From Catajapyx aquilonaris (lineage: Eukaryota), in contig KZ538400.1 in NCBI GenBank assembly GCA_000934665.2, positions 1-64,000 on the forward strand: a stretch of 64,000 nucleotides of DNA, read 5' to 3'. Below, in pieces: positions 63,375 to 64,000 of this stretch. The notes under the pieces are model-generated. The model was not told the origin of the DNA. It did not search any database and worked only from the letters and a program-made list of their open reading frames with translations. Numbering within the stretch: position 1 is the stretch's first letter; every line of letters begins with the position of its first letter. The translations under genes and the position numbers were made by a program.

Positions 63375-63567
63375 GTGTCCTTGGTTGGCCCCAATGAGCT
63401 CCTATACTTTGCGGATGTGTGTGCTGGCCCAGGAGGTTTTAGTGAATATGTTCTATGGAGGAAGAAATGGGAAGCAAAAGGTTATGGATTTACCCTTCGT
63501 GGAGAAAATGATTTTAAGCTAGACAAGTTTTTTGCTGGCCCCTGCGAAAGTTTTGAACCTCATTATG
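63375..63567 (+). CDS. CMTR1: CMTR1 exon (SAM-binding motif of the RrmJ/FtsJ methyltransferase)
   Basis: [47 protein letters not shown]|gtgagg. Confidence 0.97.
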
Positions 63568-63634
63568 GTGAGGGGGATGGCTTTTCTATTATCACTCTTT
63601 GAGAACCAACTAAAGGCTTCACTTTCTTGATTAG

Positions 63635-63753
63635 GTGTGAATGGGGTAGATGGGGATGGTGACGTGTATGACCCCAACAATCTACGCACATTTCAGAGCT
63701 TCGTACTGGAGAATACTGGTGGACAGGGAGTCCATTTTATGATGGCTGATGGA
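63635..63753 (+). CDS. CMTR1: CMTR1 exon (catalytic Asp)
   Basis: [20 protein letters not shown]|gtaaga. Confidence 0.96.
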
Positions 63754-63814
63754 GTAAGATTCATATTTAAAAGGGTAATAAAGAGTATGTTTTTACCATT
63801 ATGTTGTCTTGAAG

Positions 63815-63997
63815 GGATTCTCCGTGGATGGACAAGAAAATATGCAAGAAATCCTTTCAAAACGTCTGTACCTCTGCCAGTGTATTGTAGCCTTGGGGAT
63901 AGTTCGTCCAGGCGGCCACTTCATCTGCAAGCTATTTGACATTTTCACGCCATTCAGTGTTGGGCTAGTCTACTTGTTGTATCGTTCCTTCGATAAG
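63815..63997 (+). CDS. CMTR1: CMTR1 exon (second catalytic Lys); the gene continues beyond the window
   Basis: [61 protein letters not shown]|gta. Confidence 0.95.
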
Positions 63998-64000
63998 GTA

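Overview
Eukaryotic, TE-rich animal DNA, probably arthropod/hexapod judging by the protein sequences (species not determinable). It holds three RNA polymerase II-related host genes. (1) A compact AF4/FMR2-family gene (lilliputian/AFF-like) on the minus strand, uninterrupted over about 857 codons (7729-5156). (2) A TFIIA large subunit gene (TfIIA-L/GTF2A1) on the minus strand, with five core coding exons spread over 33 kb (44964-12133, 336 aa). (3) Head-to-head with it, the 5' part of the cap1 2'-O-methyltransferase CMTR1 on the plus strand (53396 to beyond 64000). Introns and spacers are filled with nested MITEs (Tc1/mariner, pogo/Tigger, hAT, Kolobok/piggyBac-like, Sola-like), several tRNA-SINE families, a decayed CsRn1-like Gypsy LTR element, a deleted Tc1/mariner transposon and a 1.9-kb fold-back. 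The most interesting observation lies inside TFIIA intron 3: at least six tandemly duplicated, frame-symmetric (phase 0-0), stop-free 78-99-nt candidate exons with homologous flanking introns. Several begin with a degenerate version of the Taspase1-site motif (xLDG followed by acidic residues), while the canonical site itself has lost its P3 Gln (FLDG instead of QVDG/QLDG). All splice models are inferred by eye without transcript data.
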